Source: an uncultured Bacilli bacterium (lineage in GTDB: Bacteria; Bacillota_I; Bacilli_A; RF39; UBA660). Taken from it: a stretch of DNA of 49,023 nt. The DNA lies in assembly GCA_944350365.1 (NCBI GenBank), contig CALVOU010000004.1, positions 1-49,023 on the forward strand. The letters are read 5' to 3'. Positions 28,673 to 37,081 of the stretch are shown here, one piece after another. Position 1 is the first letter of the stretch. The number at the start of each line of letters is the position of its first letter. Position numbers and translations under genes: made by a program. The notes beneath the pieces were generated by a model, which did not search any database, had not been told where the DNA came from, and worked only from the letters and a program-made list of their open reading frames with translations.

Positions 28673-30154
28673 TTAGCTCAATGTTCCATTATCAGATTGA
28701 TTATTATTTGAAATCGACCCAAAATCAATAATTTGTGGTCCCATTCCTGTTGCCATACCGTCATTTAACGGGGGAACTAAATTAGGAGTCACATTGGGAA
28801 TTGGATCAGCTAGTTTTGAAATTGTATCTACACCTGGATTTACATTTGGGATTGATGAAGTTGCTTTTGATTCTGGTGTTGGTAAAGAATTTACGGTTTC
28901 TATTTTAGAATCCGATTGTACTAGTGTAGTGTGAGCAACTTCGTTTGCTGGATTAGAAACAGTTTGTACGTTTGAGTGATCAGATAAAGTTGATCCACCT
29001 AGAGTTGGCGCTTCTTCTTTCGTTAAATTCACTGTTGCTTTGTTTTCTTGACTATCTCCCATCGCTTCTTCAAAAGACAACCCATTATCCTGATCTTCAT
29101 CATCAAATCTTATATTTTCTACATCGATATTTTGAGCAAGCAAATAATTAATTAGATGTTCACTTGGTTTTACCTTAGTAATCTTGCCCCCCATCGTTTT
29201 CTGATAAAGAACACGGTAAATTGGTTTATTGGTTTCCTCATCGATATAAAACTCCGTAATCTCATCTATTTCACGATGAAATTTTCCATATTTCTTACTA
29301 TAGTATGCCTTAATATGTACACCAAGTTGAACATAGCGATAAATAGTATTTAGAAACTGATCAACATCCAATTGACTTTCCATTAAGGAATACATACGAT
29401 GTGGTATAGCTGATGCTTTATCTGAGTGAATGGTCGACAAAATATTGTGCCCTGACGAAATGGAATTTCGAACTGCACTTACTGCTTCAGCACTACGTAC
29501 TTCGGAAAGTAAAATCCATTTGGGATTCTGCCTCATACATGTAACTAATACATCACTATATGAAGCAATATTATTGGTCTTCATTGCTACAATATCCCGC
29601 GTTGGATAAATCTTATCCAAATGCAACTCCAATGTATCCTCAATGGTAATTATCTTTTCATTTTCCTTGGTATGGGAGGCTAAGTATTTAACAAATTCTG
29701 TTTTTCCGGAACCAGTCTCTCCACAAACCATAATATTACAATGTCCATGAACGCATTGGATTAAAAAATCGTGAATATCTTTGGTAATATAATCCTCTTT
29801 CAATAAGGTTTCTTCTTTTAATCTAATTTTAGCTGGTGTTTTACGAATAACTAGTGCTATTCCATTAGTAGCAATTGATTCATGAACAAAGTTCATACGT
29901 AGCTCTGGACTTTCGGCATCTAGAAACGGACTGGCGTTATTAAATGTCGTTCCCATTACATTGGAACATTGGAAGGCTAGTTTTTCTACATCTGCATTAG
30001 TAATTGAATGATTTTCAACACGATATGACCCTTGGGTAAGCGATCTGACCCAAATTTGTCCATTATTGGTATAAGAAATATCTGTGATATCGTCATTTTC
30101 AATAAATTGACGGAATGCACCAAATTCTAGTTGTTCGAATAAATTTTCTCTCAT
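28673..30154 (-). CDS. cpaF: TadA/CpaF (VirB11-family) secretion ATPase with a low-complexity C-terminal tail
   Basis: ITDISY, LVIRK, Walker A GETGSGKT, Asp box ITIEDTLEL, MRQNPKWILLSEVRS, His box GH..STIHS. Confidence 0.92.
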   Translation of the reverse strand: MRENLFEQLEFGAFRQFIENDDITDISYTNNGQIWVRSLTQGSYRVENHSITNADVEKLAFQCSNVMGTTFNNASPFLDAESPELRMNFVHESIATNGIALVIRKTPAKIRLKEETLLKEDYITKDIHDFLIQCVHGHCNIMVCGETGSGKTEFVKYLASHTKENEKIITIEDTLELHLDKIYPTRDIVAMKTNNIASYSDVLVTCMRQNPKWILLSEVRSAEAVSAVRNSISSGHNILSTIHSDKASAIPHRMYSLMESQLDVDQFLNTIYRYVQLGVHIKAYYSKKYGKFHREIDEITEFYIDEETNKPIYRVLYQKTMGGKITKVKPSEHLINYLLAQNIDVENIRFDDEDQDNGLSFEEAMGDSQENKATVNLTKEEAPTLGGSTLSDHSNVQTVSNPANEVAHTTLVQSDSKIETVNSLPTPESKATSSIPNVNPGVDTISKLADPIPNVTPNLVPPLNDGMATGMGPQIIDFGSISNNNQSDNGTLS

Positions 30155-30175
30155 AGCCTTCTCCTTTACTAGAAG

Positions 30176-30203
30176 ATTTGGAATAGGTTTCCCTATTCCA
30201 AAT
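30176..30203 (-). promoter_or_regulatory. Intergenic 12-bp perfect stem-loop between cpaB and cpaF
   Basis: ATTTGGAATAGG-GAAA-CCTATTCCAAAT on the minus strand; weak U-tract, so partial terminator or RNA stabiliser. Confidence 0.6.
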
Positions 30204-30210
30204 ATCCTTT

Positions 30211-31062
30211 TTATTCTGTAGTATTGGTAATATTTCCACTATTATCTTCGGTCCAAACGGTAATTTGGTTAATGAAATCCTTTAATTCGTTATTGGCGAT
30301 CGCAACTTCGCCAGGATTTTTCTTTTCCCCTTCGTTTGTTGGAACTGGAATTAATGTTGCTTCATATGTTCTTAAGTACATTGTTTTTCTTAATAAAATG
30401 TGATATTCCTCTGGAACTGCAAAGATAATTTGGGCAGGTGTTTTAATATCTTCTAGATCTTCGAATACGGATGCTCCATTCGCATCTAAAACGTCGATTA
30501 CTTTAACATTTTCTAGTAACTTACCAATCATTATTTTATCTTCAGTTTGTTGTGTTGTTGTATTTCCAGCTGCATCAGTCACGTAATCTTGTTTTACAAT
30601 TTTTAAGTATATATCGATATAATTTCCAGGATAAATTTTATTACCATAAGTGTTAGTTGTATTTACTGACATATTAACTAAAACGTAGCCATCAGGATAA
30701 TCATAGATAATTGAATCTGGTAATTCATCCTTTTCTACCACACTTCCCTTATAGAACAAACTTCCTTGCGGAATTACCGTATCCGCATTGGCATAACGCC
30801 CAACGATTTGTGAAGAATCCATAATAGGATCTCCTTTTAACATAGCTGGAGGTACCTCTATTGTTCCAATCATTTCACTAGTAATTTTGGTTTTTGGTTG
30901 AATTCTTTGGGTAGCATATGGAACTGAGGTTGGATTAATTTGCGAATTAATACGATAATTATAACCAACATACAAAATAACTATACCAAGCAATACTCCT
31001 ATAATCGTTACCGTATTTTTGTTGGTAAAAAATCTTCTTATCGCCGTTTTTATATTATTCAT
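30211..31062 (-). CDS. cpaB: CpaB/RcpC-like Flp pilus assembly protein (SAF domain)
   Basis: N-terminal TM; SAF motif VPYATQRIQPKTKITSEMI..IVGRYA...IPQGS; RcpC-like IYPGNYIDIY and LLENVKVIDV. Confidence 0.85.
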   Translation of the reverse strand: MNNIKTAIRRFFTNKNTVTIIGVLLGIVILYVGYNYRINSQINPTSVPYATQRIQPKTKITSEMIGTIEVPPAMLKGDPIMDSSQIVGRYANADTVIPQGSLFYKGSVVEKDELPDSIIYDYPDGYVLVNMSVNTTNTYGNKIYPGNYIDIYLKIVKQDYVTDAAGNTTTQQTEDKIMIGKLLENVKVIDVLDANGASVFEDLEDIKTPAQIIFAVPEEYHILLRKTMYLRTYEATLIPVPTNEGEKKNPGEVAIANNELKDFINQITVWTEDNSGNITNTTE

Positions 31063-31087
31063 TTTTTACAATCTCCCTTCTTTATTC

Positions 31088-31516
31088 TTAGTTTACTTCG
31101 CCTAATAATCTATTTTCATCATATTTAACTTCTAGGATAGCATCAATTCGGTTGACAATATCAAATTGTTCACCGGCAAAGGTAGCTATTGTCCCTGACC
31201 CTACCTGAATACTTACTTTAGGTGGTGTCTCATTAAAATCTAAAATCCTGATTTTATAATCTGTATCCGCAGTAGCACTTTCAGCAAATCTTCTAACAAA
31301 ACTTTCTAGAAACTTTTCTCTGTCACAACGAATGATTCCACCGCTAACTCGGTAGTATCCTAGATCTACCGAGTCGATCATTGCGGCTTTAGTGGTTTCG
31401 TTTAATAAGTAGTAGTCCAGGTCATTACCAGATGAATAACTAGTTACAATATTAACAACCGCTAAGGTTAGGACACCTAATATGATAATTCCTACTAAGC
31501 TCATTGCTTTACTCAT
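31088..31516 (-). CDS. DUF5411-like small pilin-like protein
   Basis: N-terminal hydrophobic helix, then DYYLLNETTKAAMIDSVDLGYYR..G.I..D.EKF.ESF.RRFAE and PPKVSIQV. Confidence 0.65.
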   Translation of the reverse strand: MSKAMSLVGIIILGVLTLAVVNIVTSYSSGNDLDYYLLNETTKAAMIDSVDLGYYRVSGGIIRCDREKFLESFVRRFAESATADTDYKIRILDFNETPPKVSIQVGSGTIATFAGEQFDIVNRIDAILEVKYDENRLLGEVN

Positions 31517-31529
31517 TTTTATCTACCTC

Positions 31530-34442
31530 CTAACTTCCTGATGTTACATCGTAACATTCCAAATTCCTAGCGTTATTACAAACGGCTAAATCTCTTCTTG
31601 CTTCTGGTGTGTACCCAGCAGATCGGCTTGAATAAGTAATATAATCTGCATTATCTAAAAATCTACTGGTACATACTTTTCTCGTTTTACCATTTACAGT
31701 TTGATTATAACATTCTTGATCATAATCCAGATAATTGTTGCTTCCGTCTTGATTAAAGTCCTCTACATTTTTATTATAATTTCTGATATTCCGTAAGTTT
31801 TCACGAGTTAGAACAAATTCATAATCTACCTCGGCAGAACTTGAAGTAACATCGTAGATGGTCTCTCCCTTTGATTCAATCTCATCAATTAAGCTATCTG
31901 GATCGATTCGATAATTAAGAAGGGATGTATCTTCTGTACGGGCTGCACCAGTTGTTTGATTAGTATTCGTAATTGTTCCTTGCCAATTCCATCTTGGATC
32001 ACGTTCATTAGGGAAAGCATCGTCTAAATTAATTTCTCTAAAGATATATTGGATTCCGCAAGTGCAGACATCTTCTTCATTACAAACTAACGGCTGTCCA
32101 TTCGCACATTTATAGAAATTATTGTATAAACCGTAGATACAATCAATATCTACATTCCATTGACTCCAACTTCCTAGTTTTTGAAGTTTTACATCAATGT
32201 TTTCATCATAATTACTGATCGTATAATCTGTCTGATTACTATTATAAGCCGGCCAATTACTCCAATTATTTACTTCTGGGGCAAATAAACTTGTATACCA
32301 TTTGTTTCCACCGTCATAATAATCTAAACAGAGTAAGTTATTTTTATCCTTATCTTCACAATCTAATTTATCATCACGATAAACACTACCTGTTGTTCCG
32401 TCCTGATTAGTAGACTTTGAAATATAAGCTTGTGTTAACTCGATTGTTTCGGTACGAACAATTGTGGAAAACATAAAAGTATATTTCAAATCTTCTTCTG
32501 TTATTGTATACCCTCTAGAATCCACTTGGGTAGTATTGGCAATTTTTCTTTCTTCAATCCTACTATACTCTGGATCACTAACCTCTATTGTTTTATAAGT
32601 AGGCAAATCTACCTGTTTATTAGTGTAATGATCATATACACCAGTATAAATTGTTTCATCTTCATACTCATCAACCTTAGTAATTAAATTCATAACTGAA
32701 TTCAATTCATTCTTAGCCTCTTGAAGATCTTCATAATATTCCTTTTCTGGATCAATTGAACAGTCTGGACTGCTAGCATATACTTCATAGCAAACATCAG
32801 CGCCATTACAACTACTAGCAAATTGAACCAGTCCACCATGTTCTAATGGACATTGTTCTACACCATTTATATATACTGTACAATCTGTATTATCAACTAC
32901 CATTTGGCAAGAAGAAAGCACTTTACCGTTACGAACAGTAGAAACGCCAGGTCTACAATTAGGAATATTGGCAGGTGCTAATCTTGTTCTAACAATACCC
33001 TTTTGACTATAATTTACCATACCTACTGAAGAAAATTTATCTGTGTAAGTTAAAGTTTTTGGCTCCTCATCTCCATAAACTTTTTGGTAACAACTGTCAA
33101 TACATGATTGTGTATATTTTCCACCATCACAGCTATTAACGCAACTGTCAAACTCTTCATTCGGACCAGCAACTTTATCACCGTTATGGTGCACGCCCCA
33201 ACAGGATGGCTCATAGGCGCATTTTGGTTTTTTTCTAGGGGTCGCAATTTGAAGCGGTTGACATTCCCTTTTTATTTTTAGGATCGTCGTATACGAGAAT
33301 CCTGCTCCGGCATTTACAGCTTTTGGGTCATCATAGTAAATTTCTAAGTATTCAGTACATTGAGCCTGAAACCATTTATTATTTTGGGTTTCTGTCAGAA
33401 TACCAGTTGTGGTTGTTTTATAACTATTTTTGTCTGCCGCTTCTCCACTTTCACTAGTCGTTGTCGTAGTATTTTTACTAGTTTCTGGGCTTAGAAAACT
33501 ACATTTTCTTACAATATCGCTACTTGTTACTGAGTTAGCTATTTTTTTGAGTTGTTGTACTTCGGAAACTTGAGAAATAATCTCTTCTTTGGTAGGGTAG
33601 GTTTCACCAAAATTTACATAATTTTGAAAGCAATAAGGAACTTTACCTGTTGAAATTACATCACCTTGATAATCGTCTTTTAACTTTTTGCAAATATTGG
33701 TACCATCATCGTAAGTATAATTCAAAACAGGATTAGCATAGTAAGTGGGAGTAAAATCACGTACATAGGCAAGATATTGACCTTGACATAAACCTGTTTT
33801 TGAATAAAATTCTACATAAAAAGTATTACTTCCTTCTTCATCAGGATTTACTGTTACGACGAAAGAAGTACCATTGATTACAGTATATGTACCAGGATTA
33901 CCAGTAGTATCAAACGAATATATAGTTGTACCATTTTGATCTGTTTCTACCGTCTTTTTTAACAGACGCATTTCATATTTTGACGTGTCAAAAGTAAAAT
34001 TTACTCTGAATTGATTTGGTCCAATATTTTGCATTTCTAAACTTTTGGTTATTGCTTCAACCTCGTCTTCACTAATATTATCTGCGTCTGGACAAGAAAG
34101 AACCTCGCCCTTAACTGGATCAAACACCCCACCTTTTCCGGTAAAACCAGATGTGGTAAACTCATATCCAGGTGCACAATATTTCTTACTAACAGGCACT
34201 GTGGAATCAGGACTTTCTTGAAAAGTAGGAAGAAATTGAGCACAGCCACTTACAAATTGTTGATAAGTAATACCGATTAAATCAGCTTGCTGAACGTTTA
34301 CTCCTTTGCTCGTCACTTGAAAAATTTTTCCATTTACTATTCCTAATACCCGCGCTGAGACAGTTTCACAGGAAAGTAAGGAAAACAAGGAAAATAAGAA
34401 CAGAAACAAGGATAGTCTTTTTATTTTTTTTGTTTCAGGCAT
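31530..34442 (-). CDS. Large Cys-rich secreted protein (candidate pilus-associated adhesin)
   Basis: 970 aa. Signal peptide (LLS-C lipobox or VSA-R), about 34 Cys by hand count, Thr-rich stretches, no C-terminal TM. Confidence 0.8.
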   Translation of the reverse strand: MPETKKIKRLSLFLFLFSLFSLLSCETVSARVLGIVNGKIFQVTSKGVNVQQADLIGITYQQFVSGCAQFLPTFQESPDSTVPVSKKYCAPGYEFTTSGFTGKGGVFDPVKGEVLSCPDADNISEDEVEAITKSLEMQNIGPNQFRVNFTFDTSKYEMRLLKKTVETDQNGTTIYSFDTTGNPGTYTVINGTSFVVTVNPDEEGSNTFYVEFYSKTGLCQGQYLAYVRDFTPTYYANPVLNYTYDDGTNICKKLKDDYQGDVISTGKVPYCFQNYVNFGETYPTKEEIISQVSEVQQLKKIANSVTSSDIVRKCSFLSPETSKNTTTTTSESGEAADKNSYKTTTTGILTETQNNKWFQAQCTEYLEIYYDDPKAVNAGAGFSYTTILKIKRECQPLQIATPRKKPKCAYEPSCWGVHHNGDKVAGPNEEFDSCVNSCDGGKYTQSCIDSCYQKVYGDEEPKTLTYTDKFSSVGMVNYSQKGIVRTRLAPANIPNCRPGVSTVRNGKVLSSCQMVVDNTDCTVYINGVEQCPLEHGGLVQFASSCNGADVCYEVYASSPDCSIDPEKEYYEDLQEAKNELNSVMNLITKVDEYEDETIYTGVYDHYTNKQVDLPTYKTIEVSDPEYSRIEERKIANTTQVDSRGYTITEEDLKYTFMFSTIVRTETIELTQAYISKSTNQDGTTGSVYRDDKLDCEDKDKNNLLCLDYYDGGNKWYTSLFAPEVNNWSNWPAYNSNQTDYTISNYDENIDVKLQKLGSWSQWNVDIDCIYGLYNNFYKCANGQPLVCNEEDVCTCGIQYIFREINLDDAFPNERDPRWNWQGTITNTNQTTGAARTEDTSLLNYRIDPDSLIDEIESKGETIYDVTSSSAEVDYEFVLTRENLRNIRNYNKNVEDFNQDGSNNYLDYDQECYNQTVNGKTRKVCTSRFLDNADYITYSSRSAGYTPEARRDLAVCNNARNLECYDVTSGS

Positions 34443-34454
34443 TTTAACACACTC

Positions 34455-35237
34455 CTATTCTAGTCCTAGTATATCATAATTTGTATTCTTTTGCACAGAA
34501 TATTTTTCTATTTTTTCATCGTCTCTTACTTTTCTCGCATCAATTTTAAAAGTTGTTAAATTATTAACACCAAAAAATCTAGTACAAGTAATTAAAGATA
34601 GAAGTTCATCGGTATTATTTACATCGACATCATAATTATAAATACTATTTGTCTTGACATTTTTTATATAATTAGTCAACTCCTCAGCCTGCATAATATA
34701 ATCATAAGAATATCCGCGATCATCTTCATAATTATAAAAACCAACAGCATAAATTTTATACAATTCATCTACACCATCATGACTATATTGAACATAAAGG
34801 TTTTCTTTTGCAAAATCCTCATAAACAAATGACATTAGTTGTTCAAATCTTTTATGTTTTTGGTCAGTAATTAATGGCTTATAAGATACATTTTGGATAT
34901 TATGCCCATAGATTGCCATACGTGTTTCACCATCGTAATACTCGCTTGATACCCAAGCATACTCTTTAACTCCTTTAATAGTTTCATTTTCAACTACTAC
35001 AGGATAGTCAATATTTGTGCCTTGTACTTTGATCCATCCTTTAGTTACTGTTCCTTCAATAATTGTTGATGTAGCTTTTTCATAACGTGATTCTGGGTGA
35101 TAATATTCTGTATTGTTTTTTTGATTTTCATTAAATGAAAATACTAGTATCATTATACCTAACAACACAATTACTGCTATTCCAAGTATAACAAGACTAT
35201 TTCTTTTATTTTTATTTTTTTTCTTTTTTGGCTTCAT
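34455..35237 (-). CDS. srtB: Class B sortase
   Basis: N-terminal TM; GWIKVQGTNIDYPVV, IYGHN, catalytic SLITC and downstream Arg. Confidence 0.88.
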   Translation of the reverse strand: MKPKKKKNKNKRNSLVILGIAVIVLLGIMILVFSFNENQKNNTEYYHPESRYEKATSTIIEGTVTKGWIKVQGTNIDYPVVVENETIKGVKEYAWVSSEYYDGETRMAIYGHNIQNVSYKPLITDQKHKRFEQLMSFVYEDFAKENLYVQYSHDGVDELYKIYAVGFYNYEDDRGYSYDYIMQAEELTNYIKNVKTNSIYNYDVDVNNTDELLSLITCTRFFGVNNLTTFKIDARKVRDDEKIEKYSVQKNTNYDILGLE

Positions 35238-35253
35238 TTTAACTTCTCCTTAT

Positions 35254-37080
35254 TTATTTTATAAAATATGGGCTATTGGCGGTTCCATTTCCTGATGAAA
35301 TCTTGGCATCACCTTTTAAGTAAATAACCGCTTTCACTCCGTTATTCTCCCAGACAGCTTGATCCATAATAAATGGTATACTATTTCCCGGATTAATAAA
35401 CATTATATCTTCGCCAACGTAATCTGCTAATAGATAGTTGGCATTGCTACGATAAAAACTACTATCCGTTGAAAACAGCTCATAACTAGCAGGTAATGAT
35501 ATATAGGCATTAACTGTGTATTTTTCTAATTCATTATAATTCTTACCCGCTTCATAGATTGGCACTTCAAATTCGTGTTTTACTAAATATTTATCATTAA
35601 TATAAAGTAAAATATCGTTGTTTAAAATATATCCGACATTTCCCTCTTCGTTCACGTTAAATTTTTTATCTTGAACACTATATGCTACTTTCAGAGGATT
35701 AGCCGTACCACTTTCTCGCATTATTCCTGCCATTATCATTTTAACATTTCCATTTTTGTCTTCTCCTGCTTTCCTAAACACATAACCAGAATAATTGAAA
35801 TACTCTCCGTCTAATCTAGAATTAATTGTTTCATTTTCTTTTCCATAATTATAATCATTTAGTTTATACGGATTTTCCGCTGTACCGTTGCCTTTTACTA
35901 CATAAAGGCTATCTTTTAAATTGATAACTGGCTTTACTCCTAATATTGATGTTGAAAAATCCATAGTTAACGGCTCACTCCCGCTACTAAATACATACCA
36001 TATTATATCCTCAGCATAAGTATCTAATAACCAAGCGGAACTTTTAGCATAACTAGCCCCCTCTAACATAGTATTCTGAAATTCATACATGGTAAGTAAT
36101 CCTACAGGCGCGGTTACTGGTGTACCATTACATTCGGCAGGAATATTTTCCTTACTTTCAATTTTAGAACTACACCACGTGGCATCTTGAACAATATATT
36201 TTTCTGGATTGGTTAAATGACTATAAAAATATTCATTTAACCATTTATAAACATTAGAATCTTGATAGCTTACTCCTTCTTTTCCCCATATTACATTACC
36301 CGCATTACTATCTAAAACCACTTTAACACTATTGTCCTCATTCACTTTCACAATTCTCCAGATCATTCCAGAAAATTGAACATAATTGTTGGCCTCTCGT
36401 CCTCGATAATAAGTGCTTTCATCGGTATTATTTCTAGCTACAGTATACAATTTTGCCACTACATTTACTGTTCTAGTTACTGTCGTCTCATTTTTCAATT
36501 TATCACTTACTCGGTAAGTAATTTTGTAACTTCCTACTTCATTTGTATTTAACGAAGAATCATCTATTTGTACTTGAGATATATCGATCTCACCATCTTC
36601 TTTGTCATAAACTCTTTTTACACCCGGATCAACATATTCTTCCCCTACATTGACAATTACGCTTTCCTCTCCTTCTAATTCGATCTCTGGCCCTTCACTA
36701 TCTACTTTAGACTCGTATTTACCGCACTTTAAATAAACATAATATTCATATTCCCCTTTTTCATTATGGTAAACTCTTACCCAACTGTTTGTATCACACA
36801 TTTTATCTGTCTTAGGTACATATAATGCTTCTAGTTTACCATCATCATAAAGATCTTGAAGAGTTATTTCTCTCGTTTCTAACTCTTTTGGTAATCTTCT
36901 TGGATTAATTTCATAATATTTTTTCACTTCATCTAGAAATATATTTTCTTGTTCATGAAAAATATAGATTTTTGAGAAATAGAATTGCCAAGATAGAATA
37001 CCGATTAGAATTAAGATGACCCCTATTCCCGCTATAATTAGTAATCTTTTTAATTCTTTTTTTTCCAAGGCTTTTTTCAT
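35254..37080 (-). CDS. Membrane-anchored surface protein: pilin-like head, DUF5011 Ig-like domain, two DUF6273-like domains
   Basis: TM; ITLQDLYDDGKL..C..WVRV..YYVYLKCG head; GPEIELEGEE...YVDPGV..YDKEDG (DUF5011); NNYVQFSGMIWRIV...GVKPVINL and a second degenerate copy ending GVKAVIYL..GNGTANSPY. Confidence 0.7.
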   Translation of the reverse strand: MKKALEKKELKRLLIIAGIGVILILIGILSWQFYFSKIYIFHEQENIFLDEVKKYYEINPRRLPKELETREITLQDLYDDGKLEALYVPKTDKMCDTNSWVRVYHNEKGEYEYYVYLKCGKYESKVDSEGPEIELEGEESVIVNVGEEYVDPGVKRVYDKEDGEIDISQVQIDDSSLNTNEVGSYKITYRVSDKLKNETTVTRTVNVVAKLYTVARNNTDESTYYRGREANNYVQFSGMIWRIVKVNEDNSVKVVLDSNAGNVIWGKEGVSYQDSNVYKWLNEYFYSHLTNPEKYIVQDATWCSSKIESKENIPAECNGTPVTAPVGLLTMYEFQNTMLEGASYAKSSAWLLDTYAEDIIWYVFSSGSEPLTMDFSTSILGVKPVINLKDSLYVVKGNGTAENPYKLNDYNYGKENETINSRLDGEYFNYSGYVFRKAGEDKNGNVKMIMAGIMRESGTANPLKVAYSVQDKKFNVNEEGNVGYILNNDILLYINDKYLVKHEFEVPIYEAGKNYNELEKYTVNAYISLPASYELFSTDSSFYRSNANYLLADYVGEDIMFINPGNSIPFIMDQAVWENNGVKAVIYLKGDAKISSGNGTANSPYFIK

Positions 37081-37081
37081 T

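Noticed and set aside
35254-37080. Diversity-generating retroelement targeting the DUF6273-like domains
   Set aside because: No reverse transcriptase and no near-identical TR/VR nucleotide repeat pair noticed in the window.
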